A stretch of 64,000 bases of DNA from the NCBI GenBank assembly GCA_964016885.1, contig OZ024740.1, forward strand, positions 28,768,001-28,832,000. Direction: 5' to 3'. Positions 1 to 15,000 of the stretch are shown here, one piece after another. The notes under the pieces are model-generated. The model was given only the letters and a program-made list of their open reading frames with translations. It was not told where the DNA came from and did not search any database. The translations under genes were made by a program, and so were the position numbers. Origin of the DNA: Eledone cirrhosa (Eukaryota). The stretch's first letter is position 1. Each line of letters begins with the position of its first letter.

Positions 1-3000
1 TTAACAGCTGTCTTAAATATGTGTCTACTGTGTTAACAGCTGTCTTATATATGTGTCTACTGTGTCAACAGCTGTGTTATATATGTGTCTACTGTGTTAA
101 CAGCTGTCTTATATATGTGTCTACTGTGTTAACAGCTGTGTTATATATGTGTCTACTGTGTCAACAGCTGTCTTATATATGTGTCTACTGTGTTAACAGC
201 TGTCTTATATATGTGTCTACTGTGTTAACAGCTGTCTTATATATGTGTCTACTGTGTTAACAGCTGTCTTATATATGTGTCTTCTGTGTTAACAGCTGTC
301 TTATATATGTGTCTACTGTGTTAACAGCTGTGTTATATATGTGTTTACTGTGTCAACAGCTGTGTTATATATGTGTCTACTGTGTTAACAGCTGTCTTAG
401 ATATGTGTGTACTGTGTCAACAGCTGTGTTATATATGTGTCTACTGTGTTAACAGCTGTCTTATATATGTGTCTTCTGTGTTAACAGCTGTCTTATATAT
501 GTGTCTACTGTGTTAACAGCTGTGTTATATATGTGTTTACTGTGTCAACAGCTGTGTTATATATGTGTCTACTGTGTTAACAGCTGTCTTAGATATGTGT
601 GTACTGTGTCAACAGCTGTGTTATATATGTGTCTACTGTGTTAACAGCTGTCTTATATATGTGTCTACTGTTCTAACAGCTGTCTTATATATGTGTCTAC
701 TGTGTTAACAGCTGTCTTATATATGTGTCTACTGTGTTAACAGCTGTCTTATATATGTGTCTACTGTGTCAACAGCTGTCTTATATATGTGTCTACTGTG
801 TTAACAGCTGTCTTATATATGTGTCTACTGTGTTAACAGCTGTCTTACATATGTGTGTACTGTGTCAACAGCTGTGTTATATATGTGTCTACTGTGTTAA
901 CAGCTGTCTTATATATGTGTCTACTGTGTTAACAGCTGTCTTATATATGTGTCTTCTGTGTTAACAGCTGTCTTATATATGTGTCTACTGTGTTAACAGC
1001 TGTGTTATATATGTGTCTACTGTGTCAACAGCTGTGTTATATATGTGTCTACTGTGTTAACAGCTGTCTTACATATGTGTGTACTGTGTCAACAGCTGTG
1101 TTATATATGTGTCTACTGTGTTAACAGCTGTCTTATATATGTGTCTACTGTGCTAACAGCTGTCTTATATATGTGTCTACTGTGTTAACAGATGTCTTAT
1201 ATATGTGTCTACTGTGCTAACAGCTGTCTTATATATGTGTCTACTGTGTTAACAGATGTCTTATATATGTGTCTACTGTGTTAACAGCTGTGTTATATAT
1301 GTGTCTACTGTGTCAACAGCTGTCTTATATATGTGTCTACTGTGTTAACAGCTGTGTTATATATGTGTGTACTGTGTCAACAGCTGTGTTATATATGTGT
1401 CTACTGTGTTAACAGCTGTCTTATATATGTGTCTACTGTGTCAACAGCTGTGTTATATATGTGTCTACTGTGTTAACAGCTGTCTTAAATATGTGTCTAC
1501 TGTGTTAACAGCTCTCTTATATATGTGTCTACTGTGTTAACAGCTGTCTTATATATGTGTCTACTGTGTTAACAGCTGTCTTATATATGTGTCTACTGTG
1601 TTAACAGCTGTCTTATATATGTGTCTACTGTGTTAACAGCTGTGTTATATATGTGTCTACTGTGTTAACAGCTGTCTTATATATGTGTCTACTGTGTCAA
1701 CAGCTGTCTTATATATGTGTCTACTGTGTTAACAGCTGTCTTATATATGTGTCTACTGTGTCAACAGCTGTCTTATATATGTGTCTACTGTGTTAACAGC
1801 TGTCTTATATATGTGTCTACTGTGTTAACAGCTGTGTTATATATGTGTCTACTGTGTCAACAGCTGTGTTATATATGTGTCTACTGTGTTAACAGCTGTC
1901 TTACATATGTGTGTACTGTGTCAACAGCTGTGTTATATATGTGTCTACTGTGTTAACAGCTGTCTTATATATGTGTCTACTGTGCTAAGAGCTGTCTTAT
2001 ATATGTGTCTACTGTGTTAACAGATGTCTTATATATGTGTCTACTGTGTTAACAGCTGTCTTATATATGTGTCTACTGTGTTAACAGATGTCTTATATAT
2101 GTGTCTACTGTGTTAACAGCTGTGTTATATATGTGTCTACTGTGTCAACAGCTGTCTTATATATGTCTACTGTGTTAACTGCTGTGTTATATATGTGTCT
2201 ACTGTGTTAACAGCTGTCTTATATATATGTCTACTGTTCTAACAGCTGTCTTATATATGTGTCTACTGTGTTAACAGCTGTCTTATATATGTGGCTACTG
2301 TGTTAACTGCTGTGTTATATATGTGTCTACTGTGTTAACAGCTGTGTTATATATGTCTACTGTGTTAACAGCTGTGTTATATATGTGTCTACTGTGTCAA
2401 CAGCTGTGTTATATATGTGTCTACTGTGTTAACAGCTGTCTTATATATGTGTCTACTGTGTTAACAGCTGTCTTATATATGCGTCTACTGTGTTAACAGC
2501 TGTCTTATATATGTGTCTACTGTGTTAACAGCTGTCTTATATATGCGTCTACTGTGTCAACAGCTGTCTTATATATGTGTCTACTGTGTTAACAGCTGTC
2601 TTATATATGCGTCTACTGTGTTAACTGCTGTGTTATATATGTGTCTACTGTGTTAACAGCTGTCTTATATATGTGTCTACTGTGTTAACAGCTGTCTTAT
2701 ATATGTGTCTACTGTGTTAACAGCTGTCTTAAATATGTGTCTACTGTGTTAACAGCTGTCTTATATATGTGTCTACTGTGTCAACAGCTGTGTTATATAT
2801 GTGTCTACTGTGTTAACAGCTGTCTTATATATGTGTCTACTGTGTTAACAGCTGTGTTATATATGTGTCTACTGTGTCAACAGCTGTCTTATATATGTGT
2901 CTACTGTGTTAACAGCTGTCTTATATATGTGTCTACTGTGTTAACAGCTGTCTTATATATGTGTCTACTGTGTTAACAGCTGTCTTATATATGTGTCTTC

Positions 3001-6000
3001 TGTGTTAACAGCTGTCTTATATATGTGTCTACTGTGTTAACAGCTGTGTTATATATGTGTTTACTGTGTCAACAGCTGTGTTATATATGTGTCTACTGTG
3101 TTAACAGCTGTCTTAGATATGTGTGTACTGTGTCAACAGCTGTGTTATATATGTGTCTACTGTGTTAACAGCTGTCTTATATATGTGTCTACTGTGCTAA
3201 CAGCTGTCTTATATATGTGTCTACTGTGTTAACAGATGTCTTATATATGTGTCTACTGTGCTAACAGCTGTCTTATATATGTGTCTACTGTGTTAACAGA
3301 TGTCTTATATATGTGTCTACTGTGTTAACAGCTGTGTTATATATGTGTCTACTGTGTCAACAGCTGTCTTATATATGTGTCTACTGTGTTAACAGCTGTG
3401 TTATATATGTGTGTACTGTGTCAACAGCTGTGTTATATATGTGTCTACTGTGTTAACAGCTGTCTTATATATGTGTCTACTGTGTCAACAGCTGTGTTAT
3501 ATATGTGTCTACTGTGTTAACAGCTGTCTTAAATATGTGTCTACTGTGTTAACAGCTCTCTTATATATGTGTCTACTGTGTTAACAGCTGTCTTATATAT
3601 GTGTCTACTGTGTTAACAGCTGTCTTATATATGTGTCTACTGTGTTAACAGCTGTCTTATATATGTGTCTACTGTGTTAACAGCTGTGTTATATATGTGT
3701 CTACTGTGTTAACAGCTGTCTTATATATGTGTCTACTGTGTCAACAGCTGTCTTATATATTGTCTACTGTGTTAACAGCTGTCTTATATATGTGTCTACT
3801 GTGTCAACAGCTGTCTTATATATGTGTCTACTGTGTTAACAGCTGTCTTATATATGTGTCTACTGTGTTAACAGCTGTGTTATATATGTGTCTACTGTGT
3901 CAACAGCTGTGTTATATATGTGTCTACTGTGTTAACAGCTGTCTTACATATGTGTGTACTGTGTCAACAGCTGTGTTATATATGTGTCTACTGTGTTAAC
4001 AGCTGTCTTATATATGTGTCTACTGTGCTAACAGCTGTCTTATATATGTGTCTACTGTGTTAACAGATGTCTTATATATGTGTCTACTGTGCTAACAGCT
4101 GTCTTATATATGTGCCTACTGTGTTAACAGATGTCTTATATATGTGTCTACTGTGTTAACAGCTGTGTTATATATGTGTCTACTGTGTCAACAGCTGTCT
4201 TATATATGTCTACTGTGTTAACTGCTGTGTTATATATGTGTCTACTGTGTTAACAGCTGTCTTATATATATGTCTACTGTTCTAACAGCTGTCTTATATA
4301 TGTGTCTACTGTGTTAACAGCTGTCTTATATATGTGTCTACTGTGTTAACTGCTGTGTTATATATGTGTCTACTGTGTTAACAGCTGTGTTATATATGTC
4401 TACTGTGTTAACAGCTGTCTTATATATGTGTCTACTGTGTTAACAGCTGTCTTATATATGCGTCTACTGTGTTAATAGCTGTCTTATGTATGTGTCTACT
4501 GTGTTAACAGCTGTCTTATATATGCGTCTACTGTGTCAACAGCTGTCTTATATATGTGTCTACTGTGTTAACAGCTGTCTTATATATGCGTCTACTGTGT
4601 TAACTGCTGTGTTATATATGTGTCTACTGTGTTAACAGCTGTCTTATATATGTGTCTACTGTGTTAACAGCTGTCTTATATATGTGTCTACTTGGTTAAC
4701 AGCTGTCTTAAATATGTGTCTACTGTGTTAACAGCTGTCTTATATATGTGTCTACTGTGTCAACAGCTGTGTTATATATGTGTCTACTGTGTTAACAGCT
4801 GTCTTATATATGTGTCTACTGTGTTAACAGCTGTGTTATATATGTGTCTACTGTGTCAACAGCTGTCTTATATATGTGTCTACTGTGTTAACAGCTGTCT
4901 TATATATGTGTCTACTGTGTTAACAGCTGTCTTACATATGTGTGTACTGTGTCAACAGCTGTGTTATATATGTGTCTACTGTGTTAACAGCTGTCTTATA
5001 TATGTGTCTACTGTGTTAACAGCTGTCTTATATATGTGTCTTCTGTGTTAACAGCTGTCTTATATATGTGTCTACTGTGTTAACAGCTGTGTTATATATG
5101 TGTCTACTGTGTCAACAGCTGTGTTATATATGTGTCTACTGTGTTAACAGCTGTCTTACATATGTGTGTACTGTGTCAACAGCTGTGTTATATATGTGTC
5201 TACTGTGTTAACAGCTGTCTTATATATGTGTCTACTGTGCTAACAGCTGTCTTATATATGTGTCTACTGTGTTAACAGATGTCTTATATATGTGTCTACT
5301 GTGCTAACACCTGTCTTATATATGTGTCTACTGTGTTAACAGATGTCTTATATATGTGTCTACTGTGTTAACAGCTGTGTTATATATGTGTCTACTGTGC
5401 TAACAGCTGTCTTATATATGTGTCTACTGTGTTAACAGCTGTGTTATATATGTGTGTACTGTGTCAACAGCTGTGTTATATATGTGTCTACTGTGTTAAC
5501 AGCTGTCTTATATATGTGTCTACTGTGTCAACAGCTGTGTTATATATGTGTCTACTGTGTTAACAGCTGTCTTAAATATGTGTCTACTGTGTTAACAGCT
5601 CTCTTATATATGTGTCTACTGTGTTAACAGCTGTCTTATATATGTGTCTACTGTGTTAACAGCTGTCTTATATATGTGTCTACTGTGTTAACAGCTGTCT
5701 TATATATGTGTCTACTGTGTTAACAGCTGTGTTATATATGTGTCTACTGTGTTAACAGCTGTGTTATATATGTGTCTACTGTGTCAACAGCTGTCTTATA
5801 TATGTGTCTACTGTGTTAACAGCTGTGTTATATATGTGTCTACTGTGCTAACAGCTGTCTTATATATGTGTCTACTGTGTTAACAGCTGTCTTATATATG
5901 TGTCTACTGTGTTAACAGCTGTCTTATATATGTGTCTACTGTGCTAACAGCTGTCTTATATATGTGTCTACTGTGTTAACTGCTGTGTTATATATGTGTC

Positions 6001-9000
6001 TACTGTGTTAACAGCTGTGTTATATATGTCTACTGTGTTAACAGCTGTGTTATATATGTGTCTACTGTGTCAACAGCTGTGTTATATATGTGTTTACTGT
6101 GCTAACAGCTGTCTTATATATGTGTCTACTGTGTTAACAGCTGTCTTATATATGTGTCTACTGTATTAACAGCTGTCGTATATATGCGTCTATTGTGTCA
6201 ACAGCTGTCTTATATATGTGTCTACAGTGTCAACAGCTGTCTTATATATGTGTCTACTGTGTTAACAGCCGTGTTATATATGTGTCTACTGTGTTAACTG
6301 CTGTGTTATATATGTGTCTACTGTGTTAACTGCTGTGTTATACATGTGTCTACTGTGTCAACAGCTGTGTTATATATGTGTCTACTGTGTTAACAGCTGT
6401 GTTATATATGTGTCTACTGTGCTAACAGCTATCTTATATATGTGTCTACTGTGTTAACAGCTGTCTTATATATGTGTCTACTGTGCTAACAGCTGTCTTA
6501 TATATGTGTCTACTGTGTTAACAGCTGTCTTATATATGTGTCTACTGTGTCAACAGCTGTCTTATATATGTGTCTACTGTGTTAACAGCTGTCTTAAATA
6601 TGTGTCTGCTGTGTTAACAGCTGTCTTATATATGTGTCTACTGTGTTAACAGCTGTCTTATATATGTGTCTACTGTGTTAACAGCTGTGTTATATATGTG
6701 TGTACTGTGTCAACAGCTGTGTTATATATGTGTGTACTGTGTCAACAGCTGTGTTATATATGTGTCTACTGTGTTAACAGCTGTCTTATATATGTGTCTA
6801 CTGTGCTAACAGCTGTCTTATATATGTGTCTACTGTGTTAACAGCTGTCTTATATATGTCTACTGTGTTAACTGCTGTGTTATATATGTGTCTACTGTGT
6901 TAACAGCTGTCTTATATATATGTCTACTGTTCTAACAGCTGTCTTATATATGTATCTACTGTGTTAACAGCTGTCTTATATATGTGTCTACTGTGTTAAC
7001 TGCTGTGTTATACATGTGTCTACTGTGTCAACAGCTGTGTTATATATGTGTCTACTGTGTTAACAGCTGTGTTATATATGTGTCTACTGTGCTAACAGCT
7101 ATCTTATATATGTGTCTACTGTGTTAACAGCTGTCTTATATATGTGTCTACTGTGCTGACAGCTGTCTTATATATGTGTCTACTGTGTTAACAGCTGTCT
7201 TATATATGTGTCTACTGTGTCAACAGCTGTCTTGTATATGTGTCTACTGTGTTAACAGCTGTCTTAAATATGTGTCTGCTGTGTTAACAGCTGTCTTATA
7301 TATGTGTCTACTGTGTTAACAGCTGTCTTATATATGTGTCTACTGTGTTAACAGCTGTGTTATATATGTGTGTACTGTGTCAACAGCTGTGTTATATATG
7401 TGTGTACTGTGTCAACAGCTGTGTTATATATGTGTCTACTGTGTTAACAGCTGTCTTATATATGTGTCTACTGTGCTAACAGCTGTCTTATATATGTGTC
7501 TACTGTGTTAACAGCTGTCTTATATATGTCTACTGTGTTAACTGCTGTGTTATATATGTGTCTACTGTGTTAACTGCTGTGTTATATATGTGTCTACTGT
7601 GTTAACAGCTGTGTTATATATGTCTACTTTGTTAACAGCTGTGTTATATATGTGTCTACTGTGTCAACAGCTGTGTTATATATGTGTCTACTGTGTTAAC
7701 AGCTGTCTTATATATGTGTCTACTGTGTTAACAGCTGTCTTATATATGCGTCTACTGTGTTAACAGCTGTCTTATATATGTGTCTACTGTGTTAACAGCT
7801 GTCTTATATATGCGTCTACTGTGTCAACAGCTGTCTTATATATGTGTCTACTGTGTTAACAGCTGGCTTATATATGCGTCTACTGTGTTAACTGCTGTGT
7901 TATATATGTGTCTACTGTGTTAACAGCTGTCTTATATATGTGTCTACTGTGTTAACAGCTGTCTTATATATGTGTCTACTGTGTTAATAGCTGTCTTAAA
8001 TATGTGTCTACTGTGTTAACAGCTGTCTTATATATGTGTCTACTGTGTCAACAGCTGTGTTATATATGTGTCTACTGTGTTAACAGCTGTCTTATATATG
8101 TGTCTACTGTGTTAACAGCTGTGTTATATATGTGTCTACTGTGTCAACAGCTGTCTTATATATGTGTCTACTGTGTTAACAGCTGTCTTACATATGTGTG
8201 TACTGTGTCAACAGCTGTGTTATATATGTGTCTACTGTGTTAACAGCTGTGTTATATATGTGTCTACTGTGTTAACAGCTGTCTTATATATGTGTCTTCT
8301 GTGTTAACAGCTGTCTTATATATGTGTCTACTGTGTTAACAGCTGTGTTATATATGTGTCTACTGTGTCAACAGCTGTGTTATATATGTGTCTACTGTGT
8401 TAACAGCTGTCTTACATATGTGTGTACTGTGTCAACAGCTGTGTTATATATGTGTCTACTGTGTTAACAGCTGTCTTATATATGTGTCTACTGTGCTAAC
8501 AGCTGTCTTATATATGTGTCTACTGTGTTAACAGATGTCTTATATATGTGTCTACTGTGCTAACAGCTGTCTTATATATGTGTCTACTGTGTTAACAGAT
8601 GTCTTATATATGTGTCTACTGTGTTAACAGCTGTGTTATATATGTGTCTACTGTGTCAACAGCTGTCTTATATATGTCTACTGTGTTAACTGCTGTGTTA
8701 TATATGTGTCTACTGTGTTAACAGCTGTCTTATATATATGTCTACTGTTCTAACAGCTGTCTTATATATGTGTCTACTGTGTTAACAGCTGTCTTATATA
8801 TGTGTCTACTGTGTTAACAGCTGTCTTATATATGTGTCTACTGTGTCAACAGCTGTCTTATATATGTGTCTACTGTGTTAACAGCTGTCTTATATATGTG
8901 TCTACTGTGTTAACAGCTGTCTTACATATGTGTGTACTGTGTCAACAGCTGTGTTATATATGTGTCTACTGTGTTAACAGCTGTCTTATATATGTGTCTA

Positions 9001-12000
9001 CTGTGTTAGCAGCTGTCTTATATATGTGTCTTCTGTGTTAACAGCTGTCTTATATATGTGTCTACTGTGTTAACAGCTGTGTTATATATGTGTCTACTGT
9101 GTCAACAGCTGTGTTATATATGTGTCTACTGTGTTAACAGCTGTCTTACATATGTGTGTACTGTGTCAACAGCTGTGTTATATATGTGTCTACTGTGTTA
9201 ACAGCTGTCTTATATATGTGTCTACTGTGCTAACAGCTGTCTTATATATGTGTCTACTGTGTTAACAGATGTCTTATATATGTGTCTACTGTGCTAACAG
9301 CTGTCTTATATATGTGTCTACTGTGTTAACAGATGTCTTATATATGTGTCTACTGTGTTAACAGCTGTGTTATATATGTGTCTACTGTGTCAACAGCTGT
9401 CTTATATATGTGTCTACTGTGTTAACAGCTGTGTTATATATGTGTGTACTGTGTCAACAGCTGTGTTATATATGTGTCTACTGTGTTAACAGCTGTCTTA
9501 TATATGTGTCTACTGTGTCAACAGCTGTGTTATATATGTGTCTACTGTGTTAACAGCTGTCTTAAATATGTGTCTACTGTGTTAACAGCTCTCTTATATA
9601 TGTGTCTACTGTGTTAACAGCTGTCTTATATATGTGTCTACTGTGTTAACAGCTGTCTTATATATGTGTCTACTGTGTTAACAGCTGTCTTATATATGTG
9701 TCTACTGTGTTAACAGCTGTGTTATATATGTGTCTACTGTGTTAACAGCTGTCTTATATATGTGTCTACTGTGTCAACAGCTGTCTTATATATGTGTCTA
9801 CTGTGTTAACAGCTGTCTTATATATGTGTCTACTGTGTCAACAGCTGTCTTATATATGTGTCTACTGTGTTAACAGCTGTCTTATATATGTGTCTACTGT
9901 GTTAACAGCTGTGTTATATATGTGTCTACTGTGTCAACAGCTGTGTTATATATGTGTCTACTGTGTTAACAGCTGTCTTACATATGTGTGTACTGTGTCA
10001 ACAGCTGTGTTATATATGTGTCTACTGTGTTAACAGCTGTCTTATATATGTGTCTACTGTCCTAACAGCTGTCTTATATATGTGTCTACTGTGTTAACAG
10101 ATGTCTTATATATGTGTCTACTGTGCTAACAGCTGTCTTATATATGTGTCTACTGTGTTAACAGATGTCTTATATATGTGTCTACTGTGTTAACAGCTGT
10201 CTTAAATATGTGTCTACTGTGTTAACAGCTCTCTTATATATGTGTCTACTGTGTTAACAGCTGTCTTATATATGTGTCTACTGTGTCAACAGCGGTCTTA
10301 TATATGTCTACTGTGTTAACTGCTGTGTTATATATGTGTCTACTGTGTTAACAGCTGTCTTATATATATGTCTACTGTTCTAACAGCTGTCTTATATATG
10401 TGTCTACTGTGTTAACAGCTGTTTTATATATGTGGCTACTGTGTTAACTGCTGTGTTATATATGTGTCTACTGTGTTAACAGCTGTGTTATATATGTCTA
10501 CTGTGTTAACAGCTGTGTTATATATGTGTCTACTGTGTCAACAGCTGTGTTATATATGTGTCTACTGTGTTAACAGCTGTCTTATATATGTGTCTACTGT
10601 GTTAACAGCTGTCTTATATATGCGTCTACTGTGTTAACAGCTGTCTTATATATGTGTCTACTGTGTTAACAGCTGTCTTATATATGCGTCTACTGTGTCA
10701 ACAGCTGTCTTATATATGTGTCTACTGTGTTAACAGCTGTCTTATATATGCGTCTACTGTGTTAACTGCTGTGTTATATATGTGTCTACTGTGTTAACAG
10801 CTGTCTTATATATGTGTCTACTGTGTTAACAGCTGTCTTATATATGTGTCTACTGTGTTAACAGCTGTCTTAAATATGTGTCTACTGTGTTAACAGCTGT
10901 CTTATATATGTGTCTACTGTGTCAACAGCTGTGTTATATATGTGTCTACTGTGTTAACAGCTGTCTTATATATGTGTCTACTGTGTTAACAGCTGTGTTA
11001 TATATGTGTCTACTGTGTCAACAGCTGTCTTATATATGTGTCTACTGTGTTAACAGCTGTCTTATATATGTGTCTACTGTGTTAACAGCTGTCTTATATA
11101 TGTGTCTACTGTGTTAACAGCTGTCTTATATATGTGTCTTCTGTGTTAACAGCTGTCTTATATATGTGTCTACTGTGTTAACAGCTGTGTTATATATGTG
11201 TTTACTGTGTCAACAGCTGTGTTATATATGTGTCTACTGTGTTAACAGCTGTCTTAGATATGTGTGTACTGTGTCAACAGCTGTGTTATATATGTGTCTA
11301 CTGTGTTAACAGCTGTCTTATATATGTGTCTTCTGTGTTAACAGCTGTCTTATATATGTGTCTACTGTGTTAACAGCTGTGTTATATATGTGTTTACTGT
11401 GTCAACAGCTGTGTTATATATGTGTCTACTGTGTTAACAGCTGTCTTAGATATGTGTGTACTGTGTCAACAGCTGTGTTATATATGTGTCTACTGTGTTA
11501 ACAGCTGTCTTATATATGTGTCTACTGTTCTAACAGCTGTCTTATATATGTGTCTACTGTGTTAACAGCTGTCTTATATATGTGTCTACTGTGTTAACAG
11601 CTGTCTTATATATGTGTCTACTGTGTCAACAGCTGTCTTATATATGTGTCTACTGTGTTAACAGCTGTCTTATATATGTGTCTACTGTGTTAACAGCTGT
11701 CTTACATATGTGTGTACTGTGTCAACAGCTGTGTTATATATGTGTCTACTGTGTTAACAGCTGTCTTATATATGTGTCTACTGTGTTAACAGCTGTCTTA
11801 TATATGTGTCTTCTGTGTTAACAGCTGTCTTATATATGTGTCTACTGTGTTAACAGCTGTGTTATATATGTGTCTACTGTGTCAACAGCTGTGTTATATA
11901 TGTGTCTACTGTGTTAACAGCTGTCTTACATATGTGTGTACTGTGTCAACAGCTGTGTTATATATGTGTCTACTGTGTTAACAGCTGTCTTATATATGTG

Positions 12001-15000
12001 TCTACTGTGCTAACAGCTGTCTTATATATGTGTCTACTGTGTTAACAGATGTCTTATATATGTGTCTACTGTGCTAACAGCTGTCTTATATATGTGTCTA
12101 CTGTGTTAACAGATGTCTTATATATGTGTCTACTGTGTTAACAGCTGTGTTATATATGTGTCTACTGTGTCAACAGCTGTCTTATATATGTGTCTACTGT
12201 GTTAACAGCTGTGTTATATATGTGTGTACTGTGTCAACAGCTGTGTTATATATGTGTCTACTGTGTTAACAGCTGTCTTATATATGTGTCTACTGTGTCA
12301 ACAGCTGTGTTATATATGTGTCTACTGTGTTAACAGCTGTCTTAAATATGTGTCTACTGTGTTAACAGCTCTCTTATATATGTGTCTACTGTGTTAACAG
12401 CTGTCTTATATATGTGTCTACTGTGTTAACAGCTGTCTTATATATGTGTCTACTGTGTTAACAGCTGTCTTATATATGTGTCTACTGTGTTAACAGCTGT
12501 GTTATATATGTGTCTACTGTGTTAACAGCTGTCTTATATATGTGTCTACTGTGTCAACAGCTGTCTTATATATGTGTCTACTGTGTTAACAGCTGTCTTA
12601 TATATGTGTCTACTGTGTCAACAGCTGTCTTATATATGTGTCTACTGTGTTAACAGCTGTCTTATATATGTGTCTACTGTGTTAACAGCTGTGTTATATA
12701 TGTGTCTACTGTGTCAACAGCTGTGTTATATATGTGTCTACTGTGTTAACAGCTGTCTTACATATGTGTGTACTGTGTCAACAGCTGTGTTATATATGTG
12801 TCTACTGTGTTAACAGCTGTCTTATATATGTGTCTACTGTGCTAAGAGCTGTCTTATATATGTGTCTACTGTGTTAACAGATGTCTTATATATGTGTCTA
12901 CTGTGTTAACAGCTGTCTTATATATGTGTCTACTGTGTTAACAGATGTCTTATATATGTGTCTACTGTGTTAACAGCTGTGTTATATATGTGTCTACTGT
13001 GTCAACAGCTGTCTTATATATGTCTACTGTGTTAACTGCTGTGTTATATATGTGTCTACTGTGTTAACAGCTGTCTTATATATATGTCTACTGTTCTAAC
13101 AGCTGTCTTATATATGTGTCTACTGTGTTAACAGCTGTCTTATATATGTGGCTACTGTGTTAACTGCTGTGTTATATATGTGTCTACTGTGTTAACAGCT
13201 GTGTTATATATGTCTACTGTGTTAACAGCTGTGTTATATATGTGTCTACTGTGTCAACAGCTGTGTTATATATGTGTCTACTGTGTTAACAGCTGTCTTA
13301 TATATGTGTCTACTGTGTTAACAGCTGTCTTATATATGCGTCTACTGTGTTAACAGCTGTCTTATATATGTGTCTACTGTGTTAACAGCTGTCTTATATA
13401 TGCGTCTACTGTGTCAACAGCTGTCTTATATATGTGTCTACTGTGTTAACAGCTGTCTTATATATGCGTCTACTGTGTTAACTGCTGTGTTATATATGTG
13501 TCTACTGTGTTAACAGCTGTCTTATATATGTGTCTACTGTGTTAACAGCTGTCTTATATATGTGTCTACTGTGTTAACAGCTGTCTTAAATATGTGTCTA
13601 CTGTGTTAACAGCTGTCTTATATATGTGTCTACTGTGTCAACAGCTGTGTTATATATGTGTCTACTGTGTTAACAGCTGTCTTATATATGTGTCTACTGT
13701 GTTAACAGCTGTGTTATATATGTGTCTACTGTGTCAACAGCTGTCTTATATATGTGTCTACTGTGTTAACAGCTGTCTTATATATGTGTCTACTGTGTTA
13801 ACAGCTGTCTTATATATGTGTCTACTGTGTTAACAGCTGTCTTATATATGTGTCTTCTGTGTTAACAGCTGTCTTATATATGTGTCTACTGTGTTAACAG
13901 CTGTGTTATATATGTGTTTACTGTGTCAACAGCTGTGTTATATATGTGTCTACTGTGTTAACAGCTGTCTTAGATATGTGTGTACTGTGTCAACAGCTGT
14001 GTTATATATGTGTCTACTGTGTTAACAGCTGTCTTATATATGTGTCTACTGTGCTAACAGCTGTCTTATATATGTGTCTACTGTGTTAACAGATGTCTTA
14101 TATATGTGTCTACTGTGCTAACAGCTGTCTTATATATGTGTCTACTGTGTTAACAGATGTCTTATATATGTGTCTACTGTGTTAACAGCTGTGTTATATA
14201 TGTGTCTACTGTGTCAACAGCTGTCTTATATATGTGTCTACTGTGTTAACAGCTGTGTTATATATGTGTGTACTGTGTCAACAGCTGTGTTATATATGTG
14301 TCTACTGTGTTAACAGCTGTCTTATATATGTGTCTACTGTGTCAACAGCTGTGTTATATATGTGTCTACTGTGTTAACAGCTGTCTTAAATATGTGTCTA
14401 CTGTGTTAACAGCTCTCTTATATATGTGTCTACTGTGTTAACAGCTGTCTTATATATGTGTCTACTGTGTTAACAGCTGTCTTATATATGTGTCTACTGT
14501 GTTAACAGCTGTCTTATATATGTGTCTACTGTGTTAACAGCTGTGTTATATATGTGTCTACTGTGTTAACAGCTGTCTTATATATGTGTCTACTGTGTCA
14601 ACAGCTGTCTTATATATTGTCTACTGTGTTAACAGCTGTCTTATATATGTGTCTACTGTGTCAACAGCTGTCTTATATATGTGTCTACTGTGTTAACAGC
14701 TGTCTTATATATGTGTCTACTGTGTTAACAGCTGTGTTATATATGTGTCTACTGTGTCAACAGCTGTGTTATATATGTGTCTACTGTGTTAACAGCTGTC
14801 TTACATATGTGTGTACTGTGTCAACAGCTGTGTTATATATGTGTCTACTGTGTTAACAGCTGTCTTATATATGTGTCTACTGTGCTAACAGCTGTCTTAT
14901 ATATGTGTCTACTGTGTTAACAGATGTCTTATATATGTGTCTACTGTGCTAACAGCTGTCTTATATATGTGCCTACTGTGTTAACAGATGTCTTATATAT